Origin: Verrucomicrobia bacterium UBA6176
GTDB taxonomy: Bacteria > Verrucomicrobiota > Verrucomicrobiia > Limisphaerales > UBA9464
Reading direction: 5' to 3'
NCBI GenBank assembly: GCA_002422905.1
Contig: DITU01000173.1
Span: 400-64,399 of the forward strand
Length of the DNA: 64,000 nt
The translations under genes and the position numbers were made by a program. The notes below the pieces were generated by a model that saw nothing but the letters and a program-made list of their open reading frames with translations, was not told the origin of the DNA and searched no databases. Of this stretch, positions 31,195 to 40,803 are shown piece by piece; within the stretch, counting starts at the first letter, position 1; every line of letters starts with the position of its first letter.

Positions 31195-31763
31195 GGCTGG
31201 GGTCGGGTGGGATCGGTTTCGAGGGTGAAAAAGGATTTCACGGCGCCGTCCGCATACAGGTGGTTCTTGCCGCGCCCGGGGCCGCGGCGCGCATGGAAGT
31301 CGTTCTTGTCACTGAACAGGGCGACGCCGTTTTCGCGCACGGGCAGGCCCATGACACGGAGTTCATCGGCGCGTTGACCGTTGAGGAGGAAGTTCCAGAA
31401 GTAGGAGGAACCGGTTTCGTCGAAGACCCGTTCGCGATCCGACGGGCATCGGAGCACGGCGACATTGCCGAGGTGACGTTGGAGGACGACCTCGACCGAG
31501 TTGGAGGAGATGGAATTGGTTTCCCGGGAGCGGTTGAGCATGACGGGAAAGCGGTTGTCGTTTTCGTCCAGGTAAACGCGGAGGGCGACGCCGACCTGGC
31601 GGAGGTTGGAAAGGCAGGCGGTGGCGCGGGCGGTCTCGGTGGAGCGCGCGATGGCCGGGAGAAGTAGTCCGGCGAGGATGGCGATGATGGCGATGACGAC
31701 GAGCAATTCGATGAGGGTGAAGGCGACCCGACGAATGGGGGGGCGATGGGTGGGATGGGTCAT
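31191..31763 (-). CDS. Prepilin-type N-terminal cleavage/methylation domain protein with H-X9-DG motif (DUF1559-like pseudopilin)
   Basis: [27 protein letters not shown] class III signal (Ala at -1), C-terminal [23 protein letters not shown] overlaps on both sides. Confidence 0.8.
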   Translation of the reverse strand: MTHPTHRPPIRRVAFTLIELLVVIAIIAILAGLLLPAIARSTETARATACLSNLRQVGVALRVYLDENDNRFPVMLNRSRETNSISSNSVEVVLQRHLGNVAVLRCPSDRERVFDETGSSYFWNFLLNGQRADELRVMGLPVRENGVALFSDKNDFHARRGPGRGKNHLYADGAVKSFFTLETDPTRPQP

Positions 31764-32404
31764 CGCGGGCCCGGTGGGCGTCGTCGGGGAAAGCCGCGAC
31801 CCGATTCCATGGAACGTTGGAGTTCTTCGAGCAGGGGCTGGAGCTGGGCCTTGGTGTCGGCGGAGCCCTGGTCCATGAAGGTCTTGAGGCCGGTGCTGAC
31901 GACCTTTTCCCGGAGTTCAGGAGTCAGTTCCATGCCGTTGAGTGAGCCATTGGTGGAGGAGGCGGCATCGGCATCCGGATCGGCCTGCAAGCGGGCTTCA
32001 CGGAGGCGTCGGACGGAATCCTCGATGGCCTGGCGACGTTTGTTTTCGGGCATCTGCTCGAAGGCGGCGAGCATCTGGGTCACGCCGGAGGGCAGGGTTT
32101 CCTCCAGGAGTTCGGCCTTTTCGGCATCGGTCATCTGATCGAGGAAAGTGCGCCATTCCGGGGCCATGCGGGCGGTGCGCCGGTCTTCGGGAGACAACTG
32201 GTTGAGGAGGGCGGCGAGTTTGCGCAGGACGATCCGGCGTTGTTCGGGGGTGAGTGAAGAGAGGTCGTTGGAGCGGATCAGGGCGCGGACCTTGTCCGGG
32301 GTGGGCTTGAGGGATCGGACGAGGCGGAAGCCGGTGTAGGCGAGCAGCCACGCCAGGGCCAGTCCGGCCATGGCCAGGATCAGGGGGCGTTGACGGGGCG
32401 ACAT
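31760..32404 (-). CDS. Hypothetical membrane-anchored helical protein, first gene of the prepilin-ABC operon
   Basis: N-terminal TM ([19 protein letters not shown]), then charged helical sequence. No family recognised. Confidence 0.5.
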   Translation of the reverse strand: MSPRQRPLILAMAGLALAWLLAYTGFRLVRSLKPTPDKVRALIRSNDLSSLTPEQRRIVLRKLAALLNQLSPEDRRTARMAPEWRTFLDQMTDAEKAELLEETLPSGVTQMLAAFEQMPENKRRQAIEDSVRRLREARLQADPDADAASSTNGSLNGMELTPELREKVVSTGLKTFMDQGSADTKAQLQPLLEELQRSMESGRGFPRRRPPGPR

Positions 32405-32520
32405 GGGTTGAGGCTATCGCCACTTTTGAAAACGGGCGCGGGAAATGTGAGATCGCAGGGGAAACACACTCCGGGCTTGGTTGGCGACGAGCCTTGGGGC
32501 ATTTAGTGCGTCTGAGGAAC

Positions 32521-33909
32521 ATGATCTCGCGATACCTGATTGAGCCCAAGATCCGTCCCGTGCTGGATGCCGGTTTTCGTCCGGCGGTGTTGGCGCGGCG
32601 GGCATTTGAAGCGGAGGCGACCGTGCCGGTGCGACTGGCATTGGAACAGGCGGACGGATCGGTGTTCCGGTTCACGATGCGGGTGCTGGACGTGAGGCAT
32701 GAGAACTCGGCCGCCAACGGATTCTTCCTGGAACGTTATGTGAAGTTCCTGTTGTGGGCGTTTGGAGGTTGGCGGGTCTGGGTGGATGGACCGTCCGGCC
32801 TGGCCGAGGAATTGGAGAGGCATTACCGGGCCACGGCGGTCGGTCGGTTCGATTCCGAGATCATCGGGGAACGGATCTATGATCATCCGGTGAAGGTGGA
32901 AGCCGCGCGGGATCTGCCCGTGGCCCGGTCGACCACGGCTCCGCTGGGCCGGCATCTGGACGGATGCCGGATCGGATTCGATCTGGGCGGGTCGGATCGG
33001 AAGGTGGCGGCGGTGAAGAACGGGGAGGTGGTGTATTCCGAGGAGGTGGTCTGGGATCCCTATTTCCAGAAGGATCCCGGGTATCATCACGACGGGATCC
33101 TGGATTCGCTGCGGCGCGCGGCGGAACATCTGCCGCGGGTGGATGCGATCGGGGGGAGTGCGGCGGGGGTTTATGTGAACAACCGGGTGAAGGTGGCCTC
33201 GTTGTTCCGTGGGGTGTCGAAGGAGGACTTCGAGGGGCGGGTGAAGGAGATGTTCCTGCGGTTGAAGGAGGAGTGCGGGGGAATTCCGTTCGAGGTGGTG
33301 AACGATGGGGAAGTGACGGCGTTGGCGGCTTCGATGTCGCTGGGAGTGAATTCGGTGTTGGGATTGTCGATGGGCACGAGCACGGCGGCGGGGTTCGTGA
33401 CGGCGGACGGAGGGATCACGACGTGGTTGAATGAGTTGGCGTTTGCGCCGGTGGATTATCGGGTGGATGGACCGAAGGACGAGTGGAGTGGGGATGCGGG
33501 GTGCGGGGTCCAGTATTTCAGCCAGCAGGCGGTGGGACGGTTGCTGGGACCGGCGGGGATCGAGGTGGAGGCAGGGTTGCCCTTGCCGGAGAAGTTGAAG
33601 GTGGTGCAGGCGTTGATGGCGGCCGGGGATGAACGGGCGCTGCGGGTGTACCAGACCATCGGGACTTACCTCGGTTATGCGGTGGGGCACTGGGCGGATT
33701 TCTATGAGATGGATCACCTGTTGATCCTGGGTCGGGTGACTTCGGGGCCGGGCGGTGATGTGATCCTGACGGGGGCGCGCGAGGTGTTGCGGGAGGAGTT
33801 TCCGGAGTTGGCGGGTCGATTGCGGTTCCATGTGCCGGACGAAAAGGAGAAGCGGCATGGACAGGCGATTGCGGCGGCGAGCCTGCCGGTGATCAAAACA
33901 ACGCCTTGA
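32521..33909 (+). CDS. ROK-family sugar kinase/regulator-like protein
   Basis: GFDLGGSDRKVAAV (ATP-binding DxGG motif), ROK-like core. ATG 32521 is preferred over TTG 32494. Confidence 0.6.
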   Translation: MISRYLIEPKIRPVLDAGFRPAVLARRAFEAEATVPVRLALEQADGSVFRFTMRVLDVRHENSAANGFFLERYVKFLLWAFGGWRVWVDGPSGLAEELERHYRATAVGRFDSEIIGERIYDHPVKVEAARDLPVARSTTAPLGRHLDGCRIGFDLGGSDRKVAAVKNGEVVYSEEVVWDPYFQKDPGYHHDGILDSLRRAAEHLPRVDAIGGSAAGVYVNNRVKVASLFRGVSKEDFEGRVKEMFLRLKEECGGIPFEVVNDGEVTALAASMSLGVNSVLGLSMGTSTAAGFVTADGGITTWLNELAFAPVDYRVDGPKDEWSGDAGCGVQYFSQQAVGRLLGPAGIEVEAGLPLPEKLKVVQALMAAGDERALRVYQTIGTYLGYAVGHWADFYEMDHLLILGRVTSGPGGDVILTGAREVLREEFPELAGRLRFHVPDEKEKRHGQAIAAASLPVIKTTP

Positions 33910-33946
33910 CCGTCTTGAACGGGGCTCCCTAGTCTCCGCGCTCTTT

Positions 33947-33979
33947 GCCGTCCCGGGATTGCCGGGGCGGCGTCATTTT
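33947..33979 (+). terminator. Intrinsic terminator after the ROK gene
   Basis: 10-bp stem GCCGTCCCGG/CCGGGGCGGC (one G-U pair), 5-nt loop, then GTCATTTT. It lies inside the over-extended tig ORF and so supports the tig GTG start at 34002. Confidence 0.6.
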
Positions 33980-34001
33980 CAGTCCGTACAAAGGCATCAT
34001 T

Positions 34002-35336
34002 GTGAACGTTTCCGTCGAGCAGCTCGGTCCATGCAAGAAACTCCTCCGGGTGGAGATCGCCGCTGACAAGGTCAACGCGATTTTCGACGAGGTGACGGGC
34101 CAATTCCAGAAGGCCGTCCAGCTTCCCGGCTTCCGGCCGGGCAAGGCTCCGAAGCACCTGATCACGCGCTCGCACGAGCCGCGGATCGTCGAGGAGGCGC
34201 GCAAGAAGGTGGTCGATGACGCGTTCCGCACGGCGGTGCAGCAGGAAAAGCTGCGGGTGGTGGTGACCCTCGATGTGGAGGAGCAGCAGTTCGGTCGCAA
34301 CCAGTCGGCGCAATTCACCGCCACGGTCGAGGTGGAGCCGGAATTCGAGTTGCCGAATTACAAGGGACTGGCCGTGCGCCGCGAGTTGGCAGTGGCGACG
34401 GATTCGGATGTGGAACGCGCCCTGGGAATCCTTCGCGAACAGAACGCTTCCTACAACGACGTGGAGCGGCCCCTGCAGGATGGGGATGTGGCGATGATCA
34501 GCTACAGCGGAACCACGGACGGCAAGGCGTTGACGGAGATCGCGCCGACGGCGGTGGGTCTGACGAAGAAGGAGAACACCTGGGTGCTGATCAAGGAGGG
34601 TTCCTTCCTGCCCGGCTTTACCGAACCCCTGGTCGGGTCGGTCAAGGGCGACAAGCGGACCGTGACGGTGACCTTGCCGGCGGATTTCGTGCATCCGGAA
34701 CTCTCCGGTCTCACGGTGGTCTATGAGGTCGATGTGCTGGGGGTGAAGGAGAAGCTCCTGCCCGAGGTGAACGACGAGTTTGCCAAGCAGTTTGGAGCGA
34801 CGGACGTGGCAACCCTGATGGTCGGGATCCGGCGCGATCTGCAGCGCGAATACGACATGCGCCAGAAACGCTCGATCCGTGACCAGATGCTCAAGCAGTT
34901 GCTGGCGCAGGTGGAATGCGAGTTGCCCGAGAGCGTGGTCGCCTCCGAGACCAAGTCCATCGTCTACAACATCGTCAACGAGAACCAGCAACGCGGCGTT
35001 TCCAAGGAAGCGGTCGATGGCAAGCGCGACGAGATCTTCCGCAACGCCACGGACACCGCCAAGGAACGGGTGAAGGCCGCGTTCATCCTGGGCCGCATCG
35101 CGGCGACCGAAGGCCTGCGGGTGGAAGACCGGGAACTGACCCAGCGCGTGCTGCAGTTGGCCCAGCAGAACAATGTGACCCCGGACAAGATGGTGAAGAT
35201 GATCCAGGAGAAGAATGCCGTGGGTGAAATCCGGCAGGACATCCTCACCGGCAAGGTCCTCGACTTCATCGAGATGAATTCAAAGATCGAGGACGTCGCT
35301 CCGTTGCCGGTGTCGAACCCGGCTCCCGAAGCCTGA
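34002..35336 (+). CDS. tig: Trigger factor
   Basis: VNVSVEQLGPCKKLLRVEI... N-terminal ribosome-binding domain (GFRPGKAP motif), FKBP-like middle domain and C-terminal domain. Confidence 0.9.
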   Translation: MNVSVEQLGPCKKLLRVEIAADKVNAIFDEVTGQFQKAVQLPGFRPGKAPKHLITRSHEPRIVEEARKKVVDDAFRTAVQQEKLRVVVTLDVEEQQFGRNQSAQFTATVEVEPEFELPNYKGLAVRRELAVATDSDVERALGILREQNASYNDVERPLQDGDVAMISYSGTTDGKALTEIAPTAVGLTKKENTWVLIKEGSFLPGFTEPLVGSVKGDKRTVTVTLPADFVHPELSGLTVVYEVDVLGVKEKLLPEVNDEFAKQFGATDVATLMVGIRRDLQREYDMRQKRSIRDQMLKQLLAQVECELPESVVASETKSIVYNIVNENQQRGVSKEAVDGKRDEIFRNATDTAKERVKAAFILGRIAATEGLRVEDRELTQRVLQLAQQNNVTPDKMVKMIQEKNAVGEIRQDILTGKVLDFIEMNSKIEDVAPLPVSNPAPEA

Positions 35337-35365
35337 TCCCATCGGGATCCCAGTGACCGTCTGTG

Positions 35366-35405
35366 AACGGGGTCGGCAGTGATGCCGGCCCCGTTTGTGT
35401 TTTTA
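35366..35405 (+). terminator. Intrinsic terminator after tig
   Basis: 12-bp stem AACGGGGTCGGC/GCCGGCCCCGTT (one G-U pair), 6-nt loop, followed by TGTGTTTTTA. Confidence 0.8.
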
Positions 35406-35406
35406 T

Positions 35407-35431
35407 GGACGAAAGGGACGAAAGGGACGAA
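35407..35431. repeat. 9-bp tandem repeat GGACGAAAG x2.8
   Basis: Exact direct copies immediately after the tig terminator. Confidence 0.9.
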
Positions 35432-35527
35432 TGCGCTCCAGTGCACTTCGGGTTCCCTGGGGGTTGTTCGTGGGATCTCGAAGGGCCGGGCTTGGCCCGG
35501 GGTGGTGGGCGGGGGCAGAGTGGTTCC

Positions 35528-35851
35528 ATGCAACCGGTGGACATGCAGGTGGTGGGTCAGGAGTTGGCGGTGAAGTGGGCGGATGGATCGGAACACTTTG
35601 TCCGACTGGAAACGTTGCGGCGGTTCTGTCCGTGTGCCGCCTGCCTCGGTGAGAAGGATATCTTCGGCAAGCTCTACAAGGCGCCCGAAAGGCCTTATGG
35701 CCCGGGCGCCTTCGAGATTGGGCGGTTGAATCCGGTGGGTGGTTATGCGGTGCAACCGGTGTGGAAGGACGGTCACAGCACCGGTCTCTATTCCTGGGAA
35801 TGGCTGCGTCGTGTTGCCGATGCCGACACCACCCCAAGCCCCAATGCCTAG
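35528..35851 (+). CDS. DUF971 domain protein (gamma-butyrobetaine hydroxylase-like N-terminal domain)
   Basis: LAVKWADGSEHFVRLETLRRFCPCAAC...GGYAVQPVWKDGHSTGLYSWEWLR is the typical DUF971 pattern. Confidence 0.65.
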   Translation: MQPVDMQVVGQELAVKWADGSEHFVRLETLRRFCPCAACLGEKDIFGKLYKAPERPYGPGAFEIGRLNPVGGYAVQPVWKDGHSTGLYSWEWLRRVADADTTPSPNA

Positions 35852-35877
35852 CCGTTTCCTCCGCCCTTTCCCGCCCC

Positions 35878-38800
35878 ATGGCTCCCACTGAACAACAGGC
35901 ATTGGCCATCGCGGCCGAGGGCAACGTGCTGGTGATGGCCGGGGCCGGCACGGGCAAGACGTCGACCCTGGTGGCCCGGGTGGCGGATCGGTTGGCGCGA
36001 CGGGATCAACCGGTGTCGGCGGATCGGTTGTTGATGGTGACCTTCACCGAGGCGGCGGCGGCGGAGATGCGGTCGCGTCTGCGACAGCGTCTGGAGGAGT
36101 TGTCGGGACCGGGGGAAGGATTCTGGGCGGAACAGTTGGCGCGACTGGAACTGGCTTCGATCGGGACGTTGCACGCGTTCTGCCTCGGCCTGTTGCGCGA
36201 GCATGGAATGGAGTTGGGACTCGAACCCCAGGTGGCAGTCCTGGACGAGGTCGAGGCGGGACGCCTGGCGCGGACGGTCTGGGGGCGTCGGGTGGAGGAA
36301 TGGCTTTCGGACGAGGGCGATGCGGGACGTGCCTTCCGCGGGTTGGTGGAGGGTTGGTTTGATTCCAGCCTGGCCTCGTTGTGGGGAACGGTGCGTGAAC
36401 TGTGGAACCATGCGCGGACCCTGGAAGATCCGGAGCGTTGGTTGACGGAGCAGGAACGGTTCTGGTCGGAACCCGACGCAGCGATGTGGCGGCAGTGGCA
36501 TCGGGAATCGGTGACGGACTGGGCGAAGGATTGGGGTCAACGGTTGGAGGCACATCGGATGACCAACCGGTTGGTGGAGCGGCGCCTGGGAGTGTTGCAG
36601 GCCCTGGTGGCGGCGGGGGAGGAGGCGCGGGGAGATTTGCTGGATGCATTGGTGGAGGATCCGGCCGAGTACACGCCGCGGAAGAAGACGGTGGAGCGGG
36701 CGCCGTTGGAGATGTTTTTTGGAGAGGCGGGATTCCTGCGGTCCCTGGCCCGGCGCGCGGATGGAGCGGAGCCGTTGCAGGAGGATTGGGAACGTTGTCG
36801 TGGTGCGATGCAGGAATTGTTGCGGGTGGTTCGCGGGTTCGGGGACTCGTTCCAGCAGGAGAAGCGGTTGCGGTCGGGTGTCGACTTTTCAGATCTGGAA
36901 CAGTGGGCGCTGGAACTGTTGATGCGCCGGGGAACAACGGTGTCAGAGGCGTGCCGGGCGCGATACGAGATGGTGGTGGTGGATGAATGCCAGGATCTCA
37001 ATGCGGCGCAGGAGGCGATCTTGAGGGCGGTGAGCCGCGATGGAGCCATGGGCAACCGGTTCCTGGTCGGGGACGTGAAGCAGAGCATCTATCGGTTTCG
37101 CCTGGCGGATCCGCGCCTGTTCCAGGAGACGGCGCGGCGTTGGTCGATTCCCGGGGGTGAAGGCCGGGTGATCCCGTTGACCGGCAATTTCCGTTCGGCG
37201 GAATCGTTGCTGGGGTTCGTGAATGGCGTGTGTCGTCGGTTGCTGCGCGAAGAGGTCGGCGGGGTCGGGTACGGTCCCGATGCCGAACTCCAGTTCGGTG
37301 CGCCGACCGATCGGGTGGCGTTGGCGACGGGATCGGATGGAGGACCGCGGGTGGATTTCCAGGTGCGGGTGGTGACGCGCAGCGCCGGGGGAACGGGAGC
37401 GGACGAGGAGGATGAACGGGTGGATGCGCAGGGAATCCCGTTGTCGACGGCGGCAGCCGAGGCGCGGTTGGTGGCGGCGCGATTCCGTGAGTTGAAGGAG
37501 GGCGGATTGCCGGTGTGGGACCGGGGCCTGGGCCGGATGCGACCGGTGGAATGGTCGGACATGGCGGTATTGCTGCGGTCGGAGCGGGGACGTGCGGCGG
37601 ATTATGTGGCGGAGTTTCGGGCGGCGGGGATTCCGTTGGTGGCGCGGCAGGCGGGGTTCTTCGAGGTGCCGGTGGTGGCGGATCTGAGGAACCTGTTGCG
37701 GGTGTTGGACAATCCGTTGCAGGACATCCCGCTGTTGGCGGTGCTGCGTTCGCCGTTGGTGGGGTTGGGCGATGTGAATGCGTTGGTGGCGATCCGCAGC
37801 ACGGGGGAACGACGGATGGATTGGTGGACGAGGTTGCTGCGGTTTCGGTTGAAGGGACGGGAGGTGGCGGCGGGTTTGGGGGAAGGGATCGGGGTGGCGT
37901 GGGATCGGGTGGATCGATTCCTGGCGCAGCATGCGGCCTGGCGACAGGTGGCGATCCGGGAAGGGGCGGCGGTGGCATTGGAAACGGCACTGGACGCGAC
38001 GGGTTATGAGGCGTGGGCGGCGGGGGGCGGGGACGGCGGGATGGCGGTGGGAAATGTCCGGCGATTTCTGGAAATGGCGCGCCGATTTGATCGGGGATCA
38101 CGCGGCGGGTTGTATCGGTTCCTCGTCTGGCTGGAGAACGAAGAGGCGGAGGATCGGACTGAACCGGCCGGGGGCGATCCGGGATCGGCGGTGCGCTTGA
38201 TGACGGTGCATCGGAGCAAGGGCCTGGAGTTTCCGGTGGTGGCGGTATCGGGGTTGGGGATGCGATTCCAGATGCGCGACCTGACGACGTCGCGGGTGGT
38301 GCGGGATGACGGGTACGGGTTGTGCCCGCTGGTGATGGGGGAGGGGGGACGACGCTATCCGAGCCTGCCGTTGTGGGTGGCGCAGCGGCGGTTGCGTCGG
38401 GAGTTGTTGGGGGAGGAACTGCGGTTGTTGTACGTGGCATTGACCCGTGCGGCGGATCATCTGGTGATGGTGGGCTCGGCTTCGGAGAAGGCGGTGTCGG
38501 AACGTTGGTTGGAGACGGGTTCGCGTTCGGCATCGGATCAGCCGCTCGCGGTGGCCGACATCGAGGGGGCGACCTCCCCGATGGATTGGCTGGGACCGGT
38601 GCTGGGGGATCGGGCGGGCAGCGGGTGGGGAATGGGGGACGCGGGGCAGGGCGATGGCTTTGAGTGGAAGCTGTGGCGGGAATTGCCGCAGCAACCGGAG
38701 GTCTGGATGGCGGTCGGGAAAACAGGGTCGGCTCCATCGGAGGATGGATCAGCGGGTTACCCGCATCAGGCGGCGACCCGGGAGCCCGCCAAGGTCACTG

Positions 38801-39438
38801 CCACGGGATTGCGCCGACGCATGGCCGAGGATCCGGATGGCATCGACATCGTCCAACGCAGCCAACGGAGTCGGCATGGGGAATCGGATCCGCGGGATGG
38901 AACGGCGGTGGAACGGGGCATGGCGCATCATCGATTCATGGAAGGGGTGCGGCTGGATCAGGTGGGAACGATGGAAGGGATCCGGGATGAACTGGAGCGG
39001 ATGGTGAAGTCGGGTTGGATGGAGGCGGCGGAGGGTGCGTTGGTGGATCTGGAGGCGGTGAAGCGGTTCTGGGGATCGGAGTTGGGCCAGCGCATCCGGG
39101 AACAGGCGGGTCGGGTGCGTCGGGAAGTGCCGTTCACGGCGCGGTTGACGGGTGCGGACCTGGGGGCTTTGGGATTCCGGGTGGCGGTCGACCTGGGTTT
39201 GGAAGAGTACGTGGTGGCGCAGGGTGTGGTGGATCTTGCGGTGATCGGTCCGGAAGAAATCTGGATCCTGGATTTCAAGACCGATCGGGTGGGGCCGGGA
39301 ATGGTCACCCGGGAAAAGGCGGCGACCTACAGGCCGCAACTGGCGGTGTATGCGTTGGCGCTGGCACGGATCCATGGAAAGCCGGTGACAGGCCGATGGC
39401 TCCATTTTCTGGCGACGGGCGAGACGGTGGAGGTGTGA
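35878..39438 (+). CDS. addA: UvrD-type helicase fused to a PD-(D/E)XK nuclease (AddA/RexA-like)
   Basis: ATG 35878. AGAGTGKTS Walker A, helicase motifs (VDECQD, TVHRSKGLEF), C-terminal GVVDL...ILDFKTD nuclease motif. Confidence 0.75.
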   Translation: MAPTEQQALAIAAEGNVLVMAGAGTGKTSTLVARVADRLARRDQPVSADRLLMVTFTEAAAAEMRSRLRQRLEELSGPGEGFWAEQLARLELASIGTLHAFCLGLLREHGMELGLEPQVAVLDEVEAGRLARTVWGRRVEEWLSDEGDAGRAFRGLVEGWFDSSLASLWGTVRELWNHARTLEDPERWLTEQERFWSEPDAAMWRQWHRESVTDWAKDWGQRLEAHRMTNRLVERRLGVLQALVAAGEEARGDLLDALVEDPAEYTPRKKTVERAPLEMFFGEAGFLRSLARRADGAEPLQEDWERCRGAMQELLRVVRGFGDSFQQEKRLRSGVDFSDLEQWALELLMRRGTTVSEACRARYEMVVVDECQDLNAAQEAILRAVSRDGAMGNRFLVGDVKQSIYRFRLADPRLFQETARRWSIPGGEGRVIPLTGNFRSAESLLGFVNGVCRRLLREEVGGVGYGPDAELQFGAPTDRVALATGSDGGPRVDFQVRVVTRSAGGTGADEEDERVDAQGIPLSTAAAEARLVAARFRELKEGGLPVWDRGLGRMRPVEWSDMAVLLRSERGRAADYVAEFRAAGIPLVARQAGFFEVPVVADLRNLLRVLDNPLQDIPLLAVLRSPLVGLGDVNALVAIRSTGERRMDWWTRLLRFRLKGREVAAGLGEGIGVAWDRVDRFLAQHAAWRQVAIREGAAVALETALDATGYEAWAAGGGDGGMAVGNVRRFLEMARRFDRGSRGGLYRFLVWLENEEAEDRTEPAGGDPGSAVRLMTVHRSKGLEFPVVAVSGLGMRFQMRDLTTSRVVRDDGYGLCPLVMGEGGRRYPSLPLWVAQRRLRRELLGEELRLLYVALTRAADHLVMVGSASEKAVSERWLETGSRSASDQPLAVADIEGATSPMDWLGPVLGDRAGSGWGMGDAGQGDGFEWKLWRELPQQPEVWMAVGKTGSAPSEDGSAGYPHQAATREPAKVTATGLRRRMAEDPDGIDIVQRSQRSRHGESDPRDGTAVERGMAHHRFMEGVRLDQVGTMEGIRDELERMVKSGWMEAAEGALVDLEAVKRFWGSELGQRIREQAGRVRREVPFTARLTGADLGALGFRVAVDLGLEEYVVAQGVVDLAVIGPEEIWILDFKTDRVGPGMVTREKAATYRPQLAVYALALARIHGKPVTGRWLHFLATGETVEV

Positions 39439-39514
39439 AGGGATCCGCGGTGTGAAGGTTGGTATTCGATCGTGGATCTGGGTGGGTCGGCGGGTCGCGT
39501 AAGCCTTGGGAGAC

Positions 39515-39610
39515 ATGCGCCTCCTGGTGGTTGAGGACGAACCGAAGGTGGCGCGCCTTCTTGAACGGGGGTTGCGACAGCAGTCCTATGCGGTATTGCT
39601 GCCGCCATGA
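39515..39610 (+). pseudogene. Remnant of an OmpR-type response-regulator gene (first approx. 27 codons only)
   Basis: MRLLVVEDEPKVARLLERGLRQQSYAV is a canonical receiver-domain N-terminus, followed by LLPP and a stop. No continuation in any frame. Confidence 0.65.
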
Positions 39611-40123
39611 GTCGGTGACTGGAACCGCGGTTGGCCAGCCAGCGATGTCAGGGCGGTGATGACCAGGCTGCGATGGTAGATGCCGGCCGCGAAGCCGCGT
39701 TCGGCGAGAATGGCTTCATTGAACAGACCCAGGCCGGGCGCCAACCGAATTGGATCACCGCCGAACCCACGACCGGGAAGGCGATCATGAAGCCGACACT
39801 GAGCAGCAGGGCGTACAGACCCATGGCCAGATGCAGGCGTGGTCGGAACCAATGACCCCGCCAAGGGCGAGGGCGATACCGGTCAACAGGGCGCGCGCAC
39901 CCCACCGATCCAGCCAACGTCCGAATCCGAGGCAGAACAGGGATCCCAGGAGGGAGGCCCAGAGGTTCATCCCGGCGTAGTTGATGCGGTCGATGCGCAG
40001 GTCGATGAGGACCGACTCGGTGATCAGGCCGAGTCCCTGGGTTCTTCCGGGAAGCGCTCCGACCATGGCCAGCCAGATGGTGGCCCGGGTCAGGATCAGC
40101 CCGGACTCGAAATCGGGTGGCAT
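39600..40123 (-). pseudogene. MFS transporter pseudogene (at least two frameshifts, C-terminal half missing)
   Basis: MFS-like sequence is split over three minus-strand frames: ...GFGRWLDRWGARALLTGIALALGGV / HLAMGLYALLLSVGFMIAFPVVGSAVIQFGWRPAW / GLGLFNEAILAERGFAAGIYHRSLVITALTSLAG. It then ends against the response-regulator remnant. Confidence 0.6.
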
Positions 40124-40582
40124 GCGGCGAAGATGACATCGATCCCGGAGGAGTTGTCCATAGGCCGAAGTCAATTCATGGGTGGACGCGGAGACGTGGA
40201 GGAAGGAGCAAAGACGGCTCTTCGATGGATTCGCGGGGTCAACCGAAAGGCAATGCCGCCTTCTCCAAGGCGACGGTTGGTTTCCACAATCCCGCTTGAA
40301 CTGGTGGATCGGATCAGACTCTGGGGTGAATACCCTATGGTCCTTTGGATCGATCCGGGCCCTTATACAGGCCAGCAAAGTCGGGCGCCGGCAATGGCGC
40401 AGAACATCGCTGATCCTATATCGATGTCACCGGCTGGCCTGTTTCAGGGGTGGGTCGGGTTGAACCATACTGGCTTGGTAGAAAGCTGGCGGCCGGCCCT
40501 TGAAACATGCCGGCGGTGGCGGCGGGTCGATGGTATAGAATCGATTTCGCGTCGGAAGATTTCGCAAAGAGAAGTTAGAATC

Positions 40583-40741
40583 ATGTCTACTGGAACCATA
40601 ATCCTCATCGTGCTGGTCCTCCTGTTGATCGGTGTCATTCCGGCATGGCCGCACAGCAGGGGTTGGGGATTCCTTCCCAGTGGCGGGCTCGGTCTGGTGA
40701 TCGTCATCCTGATCATCCTGTTGCTCATGGGGCGGATCTGA
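40583..40741 (+). CDS. DUF3309 family small membrane protein (52 aa)
   Basis: MSTGTIILIVLVLLLIGVIPAWPHSRGWGFLPSGGLGLVIVILIILLLMGRI. The WPxSRGWGxxPSGGLG core is the DUF3309 signature. It forms only the tail of a 300-aa track ORF. Confidence 0.7.
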   Translation: MSTGTIILIVLVLLLIGVIPAWPHSRGWGFLPSGGLGLVIVILIILLLMGRI

Positions 40742-40771
40742 ACGGGATCCGGGTTATATACTCAGGAAGGT

Positions 40772-40803
40772 CGGCGGCACGCAGGTGCCGGCCGGCCATT
40801 TTT
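40772..40803 (+). terminator. Probable intrinsic terminator after the DUF3309 gene
   Basis: Imperfect GC stem (GGCAC-gcag-GTGCC core, extendable) followed by CATTTTTG. Confidence 0.45.

Noticed and set aside
33945-34001. Upstream extension of the trigger factor ORF
   Set aside because: It would start inside the terminator hairpin of the ROK gene. The GTG at 34002 gives the canonical trigger factor N-terminus.
35761-35877. Upstream extension of the addA-like ORF
   Set aside because: It overlaps the DUF971 gene in another frame. The helicase homology starts at MAPTEQQALAI (35878).
36998-38737. 579-aa Pro-rich minus-strand ORF, plus several neighbours (36044-36937, 36943-37932)
   Set aside because: They are antisense to, or frame-shifted within, the AddA-like helicase gene, and their composition is an artefact of high GC.
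39839-40582. Front part of a 300-aa plus-strand ORF
   Set aside because: It runs antisense through the MFS pseudogene. Only the last 52 codons (DUF3309, preceded by an AT-rich leader) look like a gene.
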